Shown: piece after piece, positions 62,618 to 64,000 of the stretch
Numbering within the stretch: the first letter of the stretch is position 1
How the letters are laid out: every line of letters starts with the position of its first letter
Assembly (NCBI GenBank): GCA_032718475.1
Contig: JAUCBJ010001720.1
Span: 62,001 to 126,000 of the forward strand
Length of the DNA stretch: 64,000 bases
Reading direction: 5' to 3'
From: Nemertoderma westbladi
Taxonomy: Eukaryota; Animalia; Xenacoelomorpha
Made by a program: the position numbers and the translations under genes
The notes under the pieces: generated by a model
Databases searched by the model: none
What the model saw: only the letters and a program-made list of their open reading frames with translations
What the model was told of the DNA's origin: nothing

Positions 62618-64000
62618 AACTATACAAACTTGTTGCAAGGTTCTTGGGTGTTCTGATCCTCGTATCTTTATCTTTCCAAGCTTTTCTTTCCAATAACTCA
62701 ATGAGTTCATATTATTTACGTCAAACAGAACGAGCGGAACGGGAATACGGGTAGTTTATGGGAGATTACGGGCTGTATGTATGTATAGATAAGGTTATTG
62801 TTGATTGCAAAGGGTCTTGTATTCATTTTGTAATGAACCTTGGAATTTCGTCGGGGGGGGGGGGGGGGGGGGGGTGGGCTTAATTTGTCCCCCCAACTCG
62901 TACGTTTAGTAGTGGTAGGAGGTAGATATCACTTTTTAAGTCATGTCTTTGAAATCAAGGGGGTCGCCCCACATTCTGTCCGCTATCATCTCAGAACTAT
63001 GAAAAATTTCATTTTCATCAGTAGACATTAATTTTGGTGTTACATGTCCCATTTTGACCTTACGCGTAGTGTGTTGTATTGTGAATATGATGTAAATAGA
63101 GTTTCAATGGTCCTATGAACTCGAAAGAGGTATCATTGGAACCGCAATTGCCGATTTAGTGGGTATTGAAGACACTTTTGAAGACCACTGGTCGATAGTT
63201 TCACAGCAATACTAATGTTCAATAAATATAGTTAACGGTGACTTTAAGGGGAAAAGTGTGCGGTGAGAGATCTCATATAAAATGCTTTGCGCATCATTGT
63301 TTACTTAGGTGCATTTTTCGAGAAATGTTTTCATTGGATTTGCTTGAAATTTGGAACATATGTTCAGGCCGCATTATGATTCAAAACCATGCAACATTGA
63401 TGCATGACATACTTTGTAAGGAATTTGGTAGCAATATAAATTATGATAATGGAAAAAAGTCCTATTGTGCACTCAAGCATCAAGCTCAAGCATGATATCC
63501 AATTATGACAAGTTTATATATTTAATGTTGTGGGTTGACGTCGAGCATGGCATGAGCATATTATATGATGAGCCTCCAGGGGGCCGGAGGGAACGACGAA
63601 CTGGGATGAGGGTCTTGCTACGTATATTAATAAAAGAGTTTATGTCCGTGTGCGTGCGCATTTCGCCCGTTCCGAAGGGAATTTCTTCCAGTCCCTGACT
63701 TCCAACACCACTATTTCGTTTTATTTGTAAATTTACTTTGAATTTTATTTAATTTGGTTATTTTAATGTTTAAAAGAATCCGCTGAAGTCACCCAAAATG
63801 CGCATGCGGACATAAACTCTTTTATTAATATACGTGGCATGGCAAGAACTTTTATTATGTAAAAATGTATAGTTATATATGTATAATTTTAATACTATTG
63901 AATAGTATTACTATAGGCCCTTACTTTGCCTATGATATCCATTTTTAATGTTCTCAGGATGGTGATTTTTGGTTAAATATCAGTTAGTGAGTCAATCAGT

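Noticed and set aside
1132-62880. Recurrent poly-G/poly-C tracts (~1135, 7760, 9490, 15610, 19160, 37240, 59352, 62853) as a functional G-quadruplex system
   Set aside because: Scattered in introns and repeat relics with no positional pattern; probably a genome-wide trait.
62284-63698. Short ORFs at the right end of the window
   Set aside because: No recognisable motifs or consistent exon structure; partly inside the hAT element.

Overview
AT-rich invertebrate-metazoan genomic DNA with spliceosomal introns and poly-G/C tracts. Supported genes: CDIPT/PI synthase (+, 3 exons, 213 aa); IFT43 (+, 5 exons, ~777 aa, much longer than the ~200-aa vertebrate protein); a large multi-Tudor gene of the Tudor/TDRD6 type (-, at least 6 exons, 10 canonical extended Tudor domains plus 1 degenerate, one apparent 1-bp frameshift); a GPATCH11-like G-patch ORF (-); and an intronless RPS26 (+). 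About 23 kb is tandem satellite (49-bp, 42-bp and 21-bp arrays) inside or immediately 5' of the Tudor gene. Mobile DNA includes a truncated RTE-type LINE, a split alpha-kinase pseudogene apparently carried by a DNA transposon, CR1/L2-type LINE tails, a chimeric CRE/RTE insertion, a MULE-like element and hAT-like elements. Top hypothesis (inference): the G-patch ORF has an in-phase GTTAGT donor at 53092 that could splice across the 13.4-kb satellite to the first Tudor exon, giving a G-patch/multi-Tudor fusion protein. All exon models were read by hand and need transcript confirmation.
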